Source of the DNA: Gammaproteobacteria bacterium
GTDB taxonomy: Bacteria; Pseudomonadota; Gammaproteobacteria; Eutrophobiales; Eutrophobiaceae
Direction: 5' to 3'
Assembly (NCBI GenBank): GCA_965222155.1
Contig: CBDCTH010000012.1
Coordinates: 544,001 to 608,000, forward strand
DNA: 64,000 nt
The notes below the pieces were generated by a model. The model searched no databases, was not told the origin of the DNA, and worked only from the letters and a program-made list of their open reading frames with translations. Made by a program: the position numbers and the translations under genes. The first letter of the stretch is position 1. Every line of letters starts with the position of its first letter. Positions 29,615 to 38,524 of this stretch are shown in pieces.

Positions 29615-31233
29615 AATTCTTGCAGGAGCATCAGCTGAAAATCACAACGCTGGCGCCAGTGCATATCGGTTGTGGTGAAGATTACACGCCGACTGATTAT
29701 GTCATTGACGACAAAACTCTGTTTGCGTTTGATAGTACCGCCATCAACGATGCTTTGCCTGAGAACGCCCGTAACCAATTGAAGAGTCTGGTCAGCGGCA
29801 ACCGACAAGATGACGTACTAAAACAGATACAACGCTTGTTCCATGAGCATCGCGAATCATTAATGACAAAGGCCAATCATTATCTATCCGTTGCCAGTGG
29901 TGTGGCTGATCTTTATGAACAGCGAATAGGACAGACAGCCAAGAGGGAAGATGATGGAAAAAGGGTTATCAACCAACTTCACATCGAACGTACTTTCTAC
30001 AACCCGACCAATCAGAGGCCGGTCATTCCCGGTAGCAGTTTGAAAGGCGCGATTCGCACTGCTCTGCTGAATGAGGTAAATAAAGGTCAGCCAGCAGATC
30101 AGAAGAATGAAAAACTACAGGAACATCTATTCAAATATCAAATGGGCAAATTAGAACGAGACCCCATGCGCCTTATTCATGTGGCGGATAGTAATAGTAT
30201 AGAAGATTATGATACAGTTCCAAGTAAGATCCGTTTTGCAGTCAATCGTCCCCGTCGAGAGCCGGCACAAGCCAAGGCAAGCCGTACAATGGCTGAAGAT
30301 AAAGGTCTTTATCAATTGCTTGAAACCCTGCCTGAATTAAGCTTACGCGGATACAGCAGCCATTTGACGATACAAACAGTCAGTCAGCTAAGGCAAAAAA
30401 ACCAACTGAAAGACAAATTACCGACAGATGATCTGTGCTGGACAATCAGGCAAATAGCACAAGCCTGCAATCAATTTTATCTGCCTTTGTTGGAGCAGGA
30501 AATAAAAATCATCGGACAAAGAAGATATGTCGAGCCTGCTTGTGAACAACGCATAGACAGGTTGCTTGTCAGCATCAGACCACTACTGGAATCAAATAAA
30601 GCAATGTTATTGCGTGTAGGACGGCATAGCGGCGCCGAAGCCGTTACATTAAATGGCGTGCGAAATATAAAAATAATGCGGGGTAAGGAAAAACAAGCCA
30701 AATCTGAACCACAACCCCGCACCTTATGGCTGGCTGCCGATGCGCAAGGCGCGCGCTCGGAAATGACGCCATTTGGCTGGTTACTGATCGAAATCGACCC
30801 GCCTGATAATCCCTCCGTTATCCTGAAGGAGTTAATCGGCCAGGCTGGTAATTCGCGGCAGCAATGGTTAAGAAAACAGCAGCATCGCATAACAGAATTA
30901 CAAGAGAAACTAACCCAGCGCAAGCAAGAGGAATTGGAAGAACAGCAAGCCGAACAGGAAAAACAACAGCGTCTTGCCTCCATGACTGAGGAAGAACGGG
31001 CTATAGAAGAATTAAAAACATGGTTTGATCAAGATCAGGCCAATAACAAACTCACTAATCAAGGCCGTGTCCCAGGTCGTTTGCATGAATTGATAACCGG
31101 CGCAAGCAACTGGCCTAAAGAAACGAGGATTACTTTATGTGATTTAGCGGAAACCATCTACCACCCTTTAGGAATGTTGAAAGGAAAAAAAGGAAAGGAG
31201 CGTAAAGCAAGAATCGAAAAATTAAGAGAATGA
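29611..31233 (+). CDS. csm5: Type III-A Csm5 with C-terminal extension
   Basis: TLAPVHIGCG, IPGSSLKGAIRTA, LRVGRHSG, PFGW. Confidence 0.92.
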   Translation: MKFLQEHQLKITTLAPVHIGCGEDYTPTDYVIDDKTLFAFDSTAINDALPENARNQLKSLVSGNRQDDVLKQIQRLFHEHRESLMTKANHYLSVASGVADLYEQRIGQTAKREDDGKRVINQLHIERTFYNPTNQRPVIPGSSLKGAIRTALLNEVNKGQPADQKNEKLQEHLFKYQMGKLERDPMRLIHVADSNSIEDYDTVPSKIRFAVNRPRREPAQAKASRTMAEDKGLYQLLETLPELSLRGYSSHLTIQTVSQLRQKNQLKDKLPTDDLCWTIRQIAQACNQFYLPLLEQEIKIIGQRRYVEPACEQRIDRLLVSIRPLLESNKAMLLRVGRHSGAEAVTLNGVRNIKIMRGKEKQAKSEPQPRTLWLAADAQGARSEMTPFGWLLIEIDPPDNPSVILKELIGQAGNSRQQWLRKQQHRITELQEKLTQRKQEELEEQQAEQEKQQRLASMTEEERAIEELKTWFDQDQANNKLTNQGRVPGRLHELITGASNWPKETRITLCDLAETIYHPLGMLKGKKGKERKARIEKLRE

Positions 31234-31456
31234 GTTATATCTTGGGTATGCTGAGCCAAGATGAAGCAGGAGAAGAAAAAGTGTGATGCCATTACCCGTA
31301 TTCATAGCGATTGATATGTACCTGTCGCTCGGTCTCCTCTCTTCCCTGCGTGGCCGCGAGTTCTTCGCCGAACAAATGAACGAGACTGGGGCCAGCTTGG
31401 GGGAGGCCCATATAATTCGCATCGAATCAGATATCTTTCCATGCCCCATGCGTTAA
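31230..31456 (+). pseudogene. Csx16-like (putative ring nuclease) remnant
   Basis: 31286-31456 reads MPLPVFIAIDMYLSLGLLSSLRGREFFAEQMNETGASLGEAHI, resembling the Csx16 C-terminus LPV..A...LSL.L....RGREL.AE.M...GA.LE. Confidence 0.6.
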
Positions 31457-32637
31457 TCACGTTTCTTGGCCGCACTCCTAAAGAAAGCCAGGGCTACCAA
31501 CGGACTGTATATCACTTTCCCGATGGCTATAAAAGTGAGCCGACAGCATTTCTCGGCTGGACCCTGGCACAACGACTGCGACCAGACCGCGTAGTCGTGC
31601 TGGGCACTCAGGGCAGCATGTGGGATTTTCTTGCCGAGCAAGCGGATATCGCGGAGGAAAGCAACGAAGATGTCGTGGGGATTTGGCAGTCACTTTGTGA
31701 TGCAGTTCAGAACAGTTCGGTCGAAGCAGGGCTTCTACAGCGTGCTGAACCGTTGATAGCGAAGTATCTCAGGACTGAAGTTCAACTTCGCCTCATTCCT
31801 GACGGGTTCAGCGAGGCGAAACAACTTCAGCTGCTGGAGGTAATGGCTGGCGCTGCGGAGGAGTGTACTGAGCTTACTCTCGACGTTTCTCACGGCTTTC
31901 GCCACTTGCCCATGATTGCAGTGGTGGCTGGTGTCTATCTCCAGGCTGTTCGTAATATTCAGATTAGAGAGATCTGGTATGGGTTTTACAATCCAGATTC
32001 GAAAATTGGCGCCGTTCATGATCTTAAAGGATTGGTACACCTTCTGGAGTGGGTGAAGGCGTTGAGTAAGTTCGAACACAGCGGCGACTACGGCGTTTTC
32101 GCGGACTTACTGACTACGGAGACTGTTGACCGGAACGACATCATAAAGCCTATGCGCCAAGCAGCTTTTTTTGAACGGACCACCCGTGACGCCACGGCAC
32201 GAGAGAAAATCAACACGGTCAGGTCTGCGCTGGCCGACATACCGCTACATGGTGTTGCCAGTCTGTTCCAGACAGCACTGAAAGAGCGCTTGGATTGGGC
32301 AGGGGGTGACACTCCATACAACCGCCAATGTAAGCTCGCACGCATCTACCTGGACAGGCGCGATTATCTGAGGGCCAGCATCTACGCGCAGGAAGCCTTC
32401 ATTACCTATCTCGTTTGTCTAAAAGGGGGTAAACCTGATTCCTATGATGCCCGCGACCAGGCAAAGAAAGACTACGAGAAGGAGGATATATCGCCATCAT
32501 ACAAAACCCTCCGGTATATCCGCAATGCGCTCGTTCACGGTACCCGCCCAACTTCGCATCTCAAGAAGACAATGTCTGACGAGACTCAGTTACACGAGGC
32601 GATCTCGGCATTTCTTGACGAATTCCCCACCAACTAA
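31441..32637 (+). CDS. csx1: Csx1-like (TM1812/TIGR02221 type) CARF-HEPN RNase
   Basis: ITFLG, GT.GSMW, DVSHGFRHLP, HEPN RNALVH. Confidence 0.88.
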   Translation: MPHALITFLGRTPKESQGYQRTVYHFPDGYKSEPTAFLGWTLAQRLRPDRVVVLGTQGSMWDFLAEQADIAEESNEDVVGIWQSLCDAVQNSSVEAGLLQRAEPLIAKYLRTEVQLRLIPDGFSEAKQLQLLEVMAGAAEECTELTLDVSHGFRHLPMIAVVAGVYLQAVRNIQIREIWYGFYNPDSKIGAVHDLKGLVHLLEWVKALSKFEHSGDYGVFADLLTTETVDRNDIIKPMRQAAFFERTTRDATAREKINTVRSALADIPLHGVASLFQTALKERLDWAGGDTPYNRQCKLARIYLDRRDYLRASIYAQEAFITYLVCLKGGKPDSYDARDQAKKDYEKEDISPSYKTLRYIRNALVHGTRPTSHLKKTMSDETQLHEAISAFLDEFPTN

Positions 32638-33119
32638 GGTGTTCCCAATACTGCCCTCCCTCCCGGCAGGTCTGGTCCCACACTCCCGCGTGACGCGGCA
32701 ATGACGTTCTTACTTTGTCAGGCTACTTTGAGAGCGCCGTAAAGCAGTATGGCTACAAAAAAGCATACACCTGCAGTCAGTGCAATAAACGCTATCATAT
32801 TTTTCCTACCTCTTTGATGTATCTCTGAATACATACAAAGACGATTAAATTTGCACCACTCAAAACGAAAAGGAGAACTATGCCCATCCAGAAAACCTCG
32901 TTGATATTGTTGGCCAGGTACAAACTCACTGGTCCACTTATAATAAGCACAACCAAACCAACAATCACGAAAAACAGGTTGTTCAAAAACGAATTTTTTC
33001 CTTTAATTCGTCAAGTTTCGTCATAGCTTTTGTAGAACAAAGGATGTTTCAGGTCATAAGTGCAACAAGTGGTTTGGTTTTGGTATTTTCTGAACCAGTT
33101 CAGAAAATACCTCCCACGG

Positions 33120-33391
33120 GGTCTAACCAGAAGTTGCAACAGCGGTTATTTGATTTTTATCCAGGCAAACGTCATGAAATACATATCGAGGGATTTGAAA
33201 AGGATCCTATGCGATTAATTTACTTGGACGATACCCATTGCGCCAGAGACGACGTCATCCACAGTGAGATTCGCTTGGCAGTTAATCGCCCCCGTCCCGA
33301 ACCAGCACAAGGCCAGTCACGCCGTACGAAATATAAAAATAATACAGGGTGGGAACAAGGACGCCAAATATGGACCACAACCCGAATTTGA
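33120..33391 (+). pseudogene. Fragment of a second csm5
   Basis: EKDPMRLI...SEIRLAVNRPRPEPAQ, then in another frame VRNIKII...PQP; both match the intact Csm5. Confidence 0.8.
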
Positions 33392-33421
33392 CATGATACT
33401 GCATAGCCGTATAATAGAACA

Positions 33422-33742
33422 ATGCGTACGGTTGTTGAAACAAGGATGTTCAGCGCGAAAGCGGCCGAGGTCTGGACTCCTGAGCAATATGAAGACTTTG
33501 TCGTATATATTGCAAGCACCCCTGATGTAGGCCAGGTCGTTCCGGGCTCTGGTGGCGTCAGAAAAATTCGCTGGAGCAGGCAAGGTTCAGGGAAGCGCGG
33601 CGGTGTACGTATAATTTATTTTAACAATTCCGATTATGAAACTTGGCTTCTTGCCATGTATGAAAAGAATGGTCGTGAAATTATTCCAGCCCACGAACTG
33701 AGAAAAATCAGGAATGCAATCAATGACCGGGAAAATGAGTAA
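33422..33742 (+). CDS. RelE/HigB family toxin
   Basis: ET..F, P..G.V.PGSGGVRKIRW...GKRGGVRIIY. Confidence 0.92.
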   Translation: MRTVVETRMFSAKAAEVWTPEQYEDFVVYIASTPDVGQVVPGSGGVRKIRWSRQGSGKRGGVRIIYFNNSDYETWLLAMYEKNGREIIPAHELRKIRNAINDRENE

Positions 33743-34004
33743 AGCCGGGCAAGCACTGCTTGATGACGTACTGGCTATCAAGGCGGGCGCGCCGACTAAA
33801 ATCTGGACGCCGGAACAGTTGCTGGTCATTTCCGTACGCAAGCAACTGAAGAAAACCCAATCGGCTTTTTCCAGGTTGTTAGGTATTCCCGTGGCTACGA
33901 TCAGGGATTGGGAGCAAGGGCGTAAACAACCCGACAGTGCTGCCGTAACACTGATTAAAGTGGCGCAAAAGCACCCTGAGGTATTGGAAGATATTGCGGC
34001 TTGA
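33735..34004 (+). CDS. HigA-like HTH antitoxin
   Basis: TQSAFSRLLGI...TIRDWEQGR..P; toxin-first gene order. Confidence 0.9.
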   Translation: MSKAGQALLDDVLAIKAGAPTKIWTPEQLLVISVRKQLKKTQSAFSRLLGIPVATIRDWEQGRKQPDSAAVTLIKVAQKHPEVLEDIAA

Positions 34005-34510
34005 TTATTGAAGTCACAACTTGATTTGGCGCCGTTCCTGAAGAGAGGCAGATCATACAGCACGATTTGCTTCGACTCGCGACCAGCCTGAAAGTCCTCA
34101 GGCGGCATGGAAAAAACCGCCGCCAACTTCTTTGAAAAGGATATTGAATTGTTCCCCACCGTTTATCCGGCGACTGGTCTCCTTATTGGGAATGTCACAT
34201 AGAAGTGGTTCAGAAAAATACCAATCCACTTGTTGCACTTATGACTTGAATCCGCCAAGTTTCTTTATATCTTTTGTGGAACAAATGTTAAACTGGAAGC
34301 AGCCGTTAAAATCCGATTGCGGATATCTTTGTAATGTATTTAAGTGCAGGCCTCCGATCCATGTTCAACTTATTATGATAATAAGAGTCACCCACGGCGT
34401 GACCGTGAGGATACAGGAAAACCACATAAGTAACGGCAAGTACCGGAAGCATCCTGAAGCGTTAATACCGGTGATGAATGCAGCGTTTACAGAAGATCGG
34501 GCATAACAGC

Positions 34511-35797
34511 ATGAATAAAACTATCCTGCTTTGTACTGTCGGTGGTTCACACGAGCCGATTCTTACCTCGCTCAGGGAAAACAAGCCTGACTATGTCTGC
34601 TTCATCTGCTCTGGCAAGGACCCGCTTACCGGAAAATCCGGTTCCGACGTGCAGATTAGCGGGCTTGGCAGTGTTATCAAGCAGGATAAGTCTGATGATA
34701 AGCCGACACTCCCCAATATTCCTACCCAGGCAGGACTGGAGAAAGGACAATACGAGGTTATCACAGTCCCGACGGATGATCTGGATAAAGCTTTGAAAAT
34801 AATATGGCAACGCCTGCAGGAATTAACCCAACAGTATCCTGAAGCCCGGGTTATAGCCGATTACACCGGTGGCACCAAATCCATGACTGCCGCACTCGTG
34901 TTGGCGGCAGTAGAAAATGAGAAGGTAGATTTGAAGCTGGTCACCGGCCCCCGTACCAACCTGGTAGGGGTGAAATCCGGTATGGAAACGACAGCACTGG
35001 CAGGTGTTGAAGCCATCCGCACACAACGCGCCGTCAAACAGTTCATCGGTGCTTGGCAGTATTTCGCCTATGGTGAAGCCGCCAAGGGGCTTGCCGGTAT
35101 CAAGCCGAGAGAACCGGGATTAAGGCAAGAGGTGGAGATGTTGCAGCATTTGAGCAGGGCTTTCGATGCCTGGGATCGATTTGCTCACGAACAGGTCGTC
35201 GATATAATCGACACTTATTGCAAGCGGATCGCGCCTGCTCATAAGCACCTGTTGGATTCGATAAGAAATCTCACGACAGTATCAGAACGCCAGGAGCCTG
35301 CCTGTCTACTGGATTTGTGGTTCAATGCCTTGCGCCGCGCCGAGCAGGGACGCTTCGATGATGCGATCGCCCGGCTTTACCGCCTGCTCGAATGGACTGC
35401 TCAGTGGATTTTACAGGTCCATTGCAACATTGACACAGCCGCTATTCCCAAGGACAAAATACCCACCGACATGTGCATACAGCCAAACAGAAAAGGCCAG
35501 TATCAGGCTGGTTTGATGAATGCATGGGGGCTTATCGGACACTGGCTTCCGGATAGCGACGCCGGTCGGTTCAGTAAACAGCAACTGGAATCGCTACAGG
35601 ATCAAATCACCCTGCGTAATCACTCGATACTGGCCCACGGCAATGAACCCATTGATGCGCAGAACTGGCAAAAGTTCAAGCAATGGATTGAGGATAATTT
35701 TCTGACATTATTAACACAGGAAGCAAAAAAGGCGGGTCTTCGCTCAATACCGCAACAGTTACCACAGCGACTTTGGCCAGAGATAGACAACCTGTAA
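34511..35797 (+). CDS. TIGR02710-type CARF-HEPN effector (Csm6/Csx1-like)
   Basis: CTVGGS.EPI, DYTGGTKSM, DDA.ARLYR..E, RNHSILAHG. Confidence 0.88.
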   Translation: MNKTILLCTVGGSHEPILTSLRENKPDYVCFICSGKDPLTGKSGSDVQISGLGSVIKQDKSDDKPTLPNIPTQAGLEKGQYEVITVPTDDLDKALKIIWQRLQELTQQYPEARVIADYTGGTKSMTAALVLAAVENEKVDLKLVTGPRTNLVGVKSGMETTALAGVEAIRTQRAVKQFIGAWQYFAYGEAAKGLAGIKPREPGLRQEVEMLQHLSRAFDAWDRFAHEQVVDIIDTYCKRIAPAHKHLLDSIRNLTTVSERQEPACLLDLWFNALRRAEQGRFDDAIARLYRLLEWTAQWILQVHCNIDTAAIPKDKIPTDMCIQPNRKGQYQAGLMNAWGLIGHWLPDSDAGRFSKQQLESLQDQITLRNHSILAHGNEPIDAQNWQKFKQWIEDNFLTLLTQEAKKAGLRSIPQQLPQRLWPEIDNL

Positions 35798-35947
35798 TTA
35801 CAGGTAATAAGGCACTAAGCGGAAAGTAAATCTAATCGGAATTTCCCCATCTGTTGAATTTCGTGCATCAGCTTGACAGACGACTGTCCAGGTGCTTCTC
35901 CCGGGTTATACCAATTCAGGTGACGATAAGCAAAACCAACCCATAGT

Positions 35948-35993
35948 GGCAAGCTTGCTGACCCGGCAAAACACGTTTCCATGTGATTAACTT
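35948..35993 (+). promoter_or_regulatory. Adaptation-module promoter with palindromic site
   Basis: GGCAAGCTTGCT at 35948-35959; TAACTT at 35988, 12 nt before the ATG at 36000. Confidence 0.55.
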
Positions 35994-35999
35994 GTCGGC

Positions 36000-36281
36000 A
36001 TGAAACGCCACCTTTACCTTGCCGCTTACGACATCAGCAGCCCCAGTCGCCTGCGGGCAGCCCTGTACCTGTTGAAAGGGTTTGCCAGCGGTCGCCAGAA
36101 ATCTGTGTTTGAGTGTTTTCTGACTGGCATTGAACGGCGTGAACTGGTTGAAACGATCAGCGCCATTATCGACCCGGACGAGGACCGGTTCTTGCTCCTG
36201 CCACTGGCCTCCGCTGATGACATTGAAACGCTGGGCAAGGGCGTGGCGCCCACCGATCAGTCTTATTTTTACATCGGCTGA
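36000..36281 (+). CDS. cas2: Cas2
   Basis: YLAAYDI, RQKSVFEC, D...D. Confidence 0.93.
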   Translation: MKRHLYLAAYDISSPSRLRAALYLLKGFASGRQKSVFECFLTGIERRELVETISAIIDPDEDRFLLLPLASADDIETLGKGVAPTDQSYFYIG

Positions 36282-36286
36282 CTACG

Positions 36287-37252
36287 ATGCTGACACTATT
36301 TATCGACCGCAAAGACCTGCACCTCGAACTGGACAATAAGCGACTCCTTGTGCGGCATTTCGGTAGAGACCCACAAAGCCTGCCGCTGAATATGTTGGAC
36401 CGGATCGTTATTCACAGTCAGGTGACATTGGACAGCCGCCTGTTGGGATCATTGGGTCAACATGGTATAGGCGTGAGTATCATGCACGGCCGTTGCGGGC
36501 AGCGGCGTCTGCAATTATTGTGTCCGGGACACAATGATGCGCGCCGTCGGCTTGCCCAGTATCAGCTTTGGCACGACGCTGACCGACGCTTGAACTGGAG
36601 CCGTCAGTTGGTACAGGCAAAAATTGCGGCGCAACAAAAATTACTACGCGAGGCATTGTCAGGCAGGCCTGACCTTCGCCATCCGCTCAGTACCGCACTG
36701 ACCGGCCTTGCTTCTATTCTGCCCTCTCTGGACAACGCCGTGAGCATAACGGTATTGCGCGGCTTGGAAGGTTCGTCCGCAGCCATTTACTTTACCGGGT
36801 TTCAGCGGTTGTTCGGCGACAGTCTGGATTTTACCGGACGTAATCGTCGTCCGCCGCGGGACCCGGTCAACGCCTGTCTGTCGCTGATTTATACCCTGAT
36901 ACACAATGAGGCAGTGCGCGCCTGTCATGGAGCAGGGCTTGACCCGTTGCTGGGTTTTTACCACGAGCCGGCTTATGGTCGTGAATCGCTGGCCTGTGAC
37001 GTGATCGAACCATTGCGTCCACACGTTGATCGCTGGGTGTGGCACATGTTTCGTAAACGTCTACTGAGTGCAGATAATTTCAGTCGTGAAGGGCAGAGTT
37101 GTTTGCTCAACAAGAGCGGACGCCGAATATTTTTTGAAAGTTATGAAGCGTTCGCCGCCCCATGGCGACGTTATCTGCGCCTGCACAGCTACCGGCTGGC
37201 ACGTGCCTTACTGGATCTGGCCCCCGACTTGCCTGAGGCAGAAACCCCATGA
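36287..37252 (+). CDS. cas1: Cas1 (catalytic E/H/D present)
   Basis: LRGLEG, F.GRNRRPPRDPVNA.LS, GLDP.LGFYH, SLACDVIEP. Confidence 0.96.
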   Translation: MLTLFIDRKDLHLELDNKRLLVRHFGRDPQSLPLNMLDRIVIHSQVTLDSRLLGSLGQHGIGVSIMHGRCGQRRLQLLCPGHNDARRRLAQYQLWHDADRRLNWSRQLVQAKIAAQQKLLREALSGRPDLRHPLSTALTGLASILPSLDNAVSITVLRGLEGSSAAIYFTGFQRLFGDSLDFTGRNRRPPRDPVNACLSLIYTLIHNEAVRACHGAGLDPLLGFYHEPAYGRESLACDVIEPLRPHVDRWVWHMFRKRLLSADNFSREGQSCLLNKSGRRIFFESYEAFAAPWRRYLRLHSYRLARALLDLAPDLPEAETP

Positions 37253-38013
37253 AGCCCTGTTACATTCATGGTAGGCAGGGTATGCAAATCAGGCTGGATG
37301 GGCCGGTCTTGAGTATCTCTTTCCCTGGACAGGCTGCGGTACTTGCTCCTCTGCGTCGTATTTCCCGTGTCGTTATTTCCGGTTCGCCCGAGTGTTCAAC
37401 TTCGGCTCTGCTTGCCTGTGCAGAACGCGGCATTACGGTCACATTTTTACAGTATGATGGCACAGTCAAGGCGCATCTGTTTGGTCATAGCGGGGCGACA
37501 AATGATTTGTTTGCTCATCTGCGGGATTTGCTGGATCGCCCTGATTGGCCAGAGCGCTATCAGATTTGGTTAGCCGCTGCCACCAGTCGTGCACATCGGG
37601 CGCTGTGCCGTAAATTGGGTTTGCAAGCGGACAGACTGTACCATAAACGGCTTCGCGCAATACTGGACCGTCAGATGGAACAGTTTGTTAATACAGGTCA
37701 GCGGGACTACTTGCAGCGACGTTTACGCGGTCTGTGTGCCAATCTTGCCAACGGTGTATTACAGCAAGCAGGTCTGGATGCCTCGCGTAGTCGTTACCTG
37801 GAGCAACGTCTTGATATACCGGGTGACTTCGCCGATTTATTATCACTGTCTTTACAACTCCCCTTGCTTGATTGGCTAAGCCAGCAGTCGGTGCAAAAGC
37901 GTATTCATGATCATGACGTTATTGCATTATTTGAACGGCACAGTCACCGGTTGGAAGGTATCGCATGTCGTCTGACCAGTCGTTTGCACGGATTTCTGGT
38001 TGATCTCGTATGA
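37249..38013 (+). CDS. Divergent Cas1-like protein: N-terminal Cas1 beta domain, no recognisable catalytic motifs
   Basis: Y.......LDG..L....PL.RI.RVVI.G....T.ALLAC...GI.V.F...G matches the Cas1 N-terminus; ATGA overlaps on both sides. Confidence 0.75.
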   Translation: MKPCYIHGRQGMQIRLDGPVLSISFPGQAAVLAPLRRISRVVISGSPECSTSALLACAERGITVTFLQYDGTVKAHLFGHSGATNDLFAHLRDLLDRPDWPERYQIWLAAATSRAHRALCRKLGLQADRLYHKRLRAILDRQMEQFVNTGQRDYLQRRLRGLCANLANGVLQQAGLDASRSRYLEQRLDIPGDFADLLSLSLQLPLLDWLSQQSVQKRIHDHDVIALFERHSHRLEGIACRLTSRLHGFLVDLV

Positions 38014-38333
38014 AACAGCGCCTGTACCTCGTCGCTTACGATATTGCAGATCCAAAACGACTTGGACGGGTTGCCAGGTATATGTGCCGGTACGCCTGTC
38101 GGGTACAATATTCCGTATTCGTTGTACAAATGAGTAAACCCCAACTGGCTCATCTGCTATCCGAGCTTGAGACGATTATTGATTCGGATCAGGATGATAT
38201 TCGGGCGTACCCATTGCCTGCCGCGGGTGACGTGGTACTATTAGGCCAACAATTCTTTGCAACGAACACCTTACTGGTGCAGAATGGACATAGCAGGTTG
38301 GAGTTGATTCAAGACTCCGCTGATGATGAGTAA
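38010..38333 (+). CDS. cas2: Cas2 (second copy)
   Basis: YLVAYDIADPKRL, RVQYSVF, DDIRAY. Confidence 0.93.
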   Translation: MKQRLYLVAYDIADPKRLGRVARYMCRYACRVQYSVFVVQMSKPQLAHLLSELETIIDSDQDDIRAYPLPAAGDVVLLGQQFFATNTLLVQNGHSRLELIQDSADDE

Positions 38334-38524
38334 CACTGCCTGCTGCTCTACAAGATGTGTAAGCTTGACTGGAAACGTATTAACTGCTCTTTCACAATTT
38401 GTTTTTGATTGAATATAACTATAAAAAGTTTTGTTTTGATTATAATCTTACTGTTAACAAGAGGCACATTTTCCTCAACTGACCTTATAACTCATTGTAA
38501 GAAAAATCTTTTCTCCATTGAGGA
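38334..38524 (+). promoter_or_regulatory. CRISPR leader
   Basis: AT-rich non-coding segment between cas2 and the first repeat; contains TGCTCTTTCACAAT. Confidence 0.8.

Noticed and set aside
32795-32986. 63-aa hydrophobic ORF as a membrane effector
   Set aside because: Antisense to the cas genes, non-ATG start and no recognisable family
34435-34446. GGCAAG half-site upstream of the TIGR02710-type gene
   Set aside because: The second half of the palindrome is absent
38358-38369. TGTAAGCTTGAC in the CRISPR leader as a fifth operator
   Set aside because: Only 9/12 match and no -10 at the conserved distance; worth including in binding tests only
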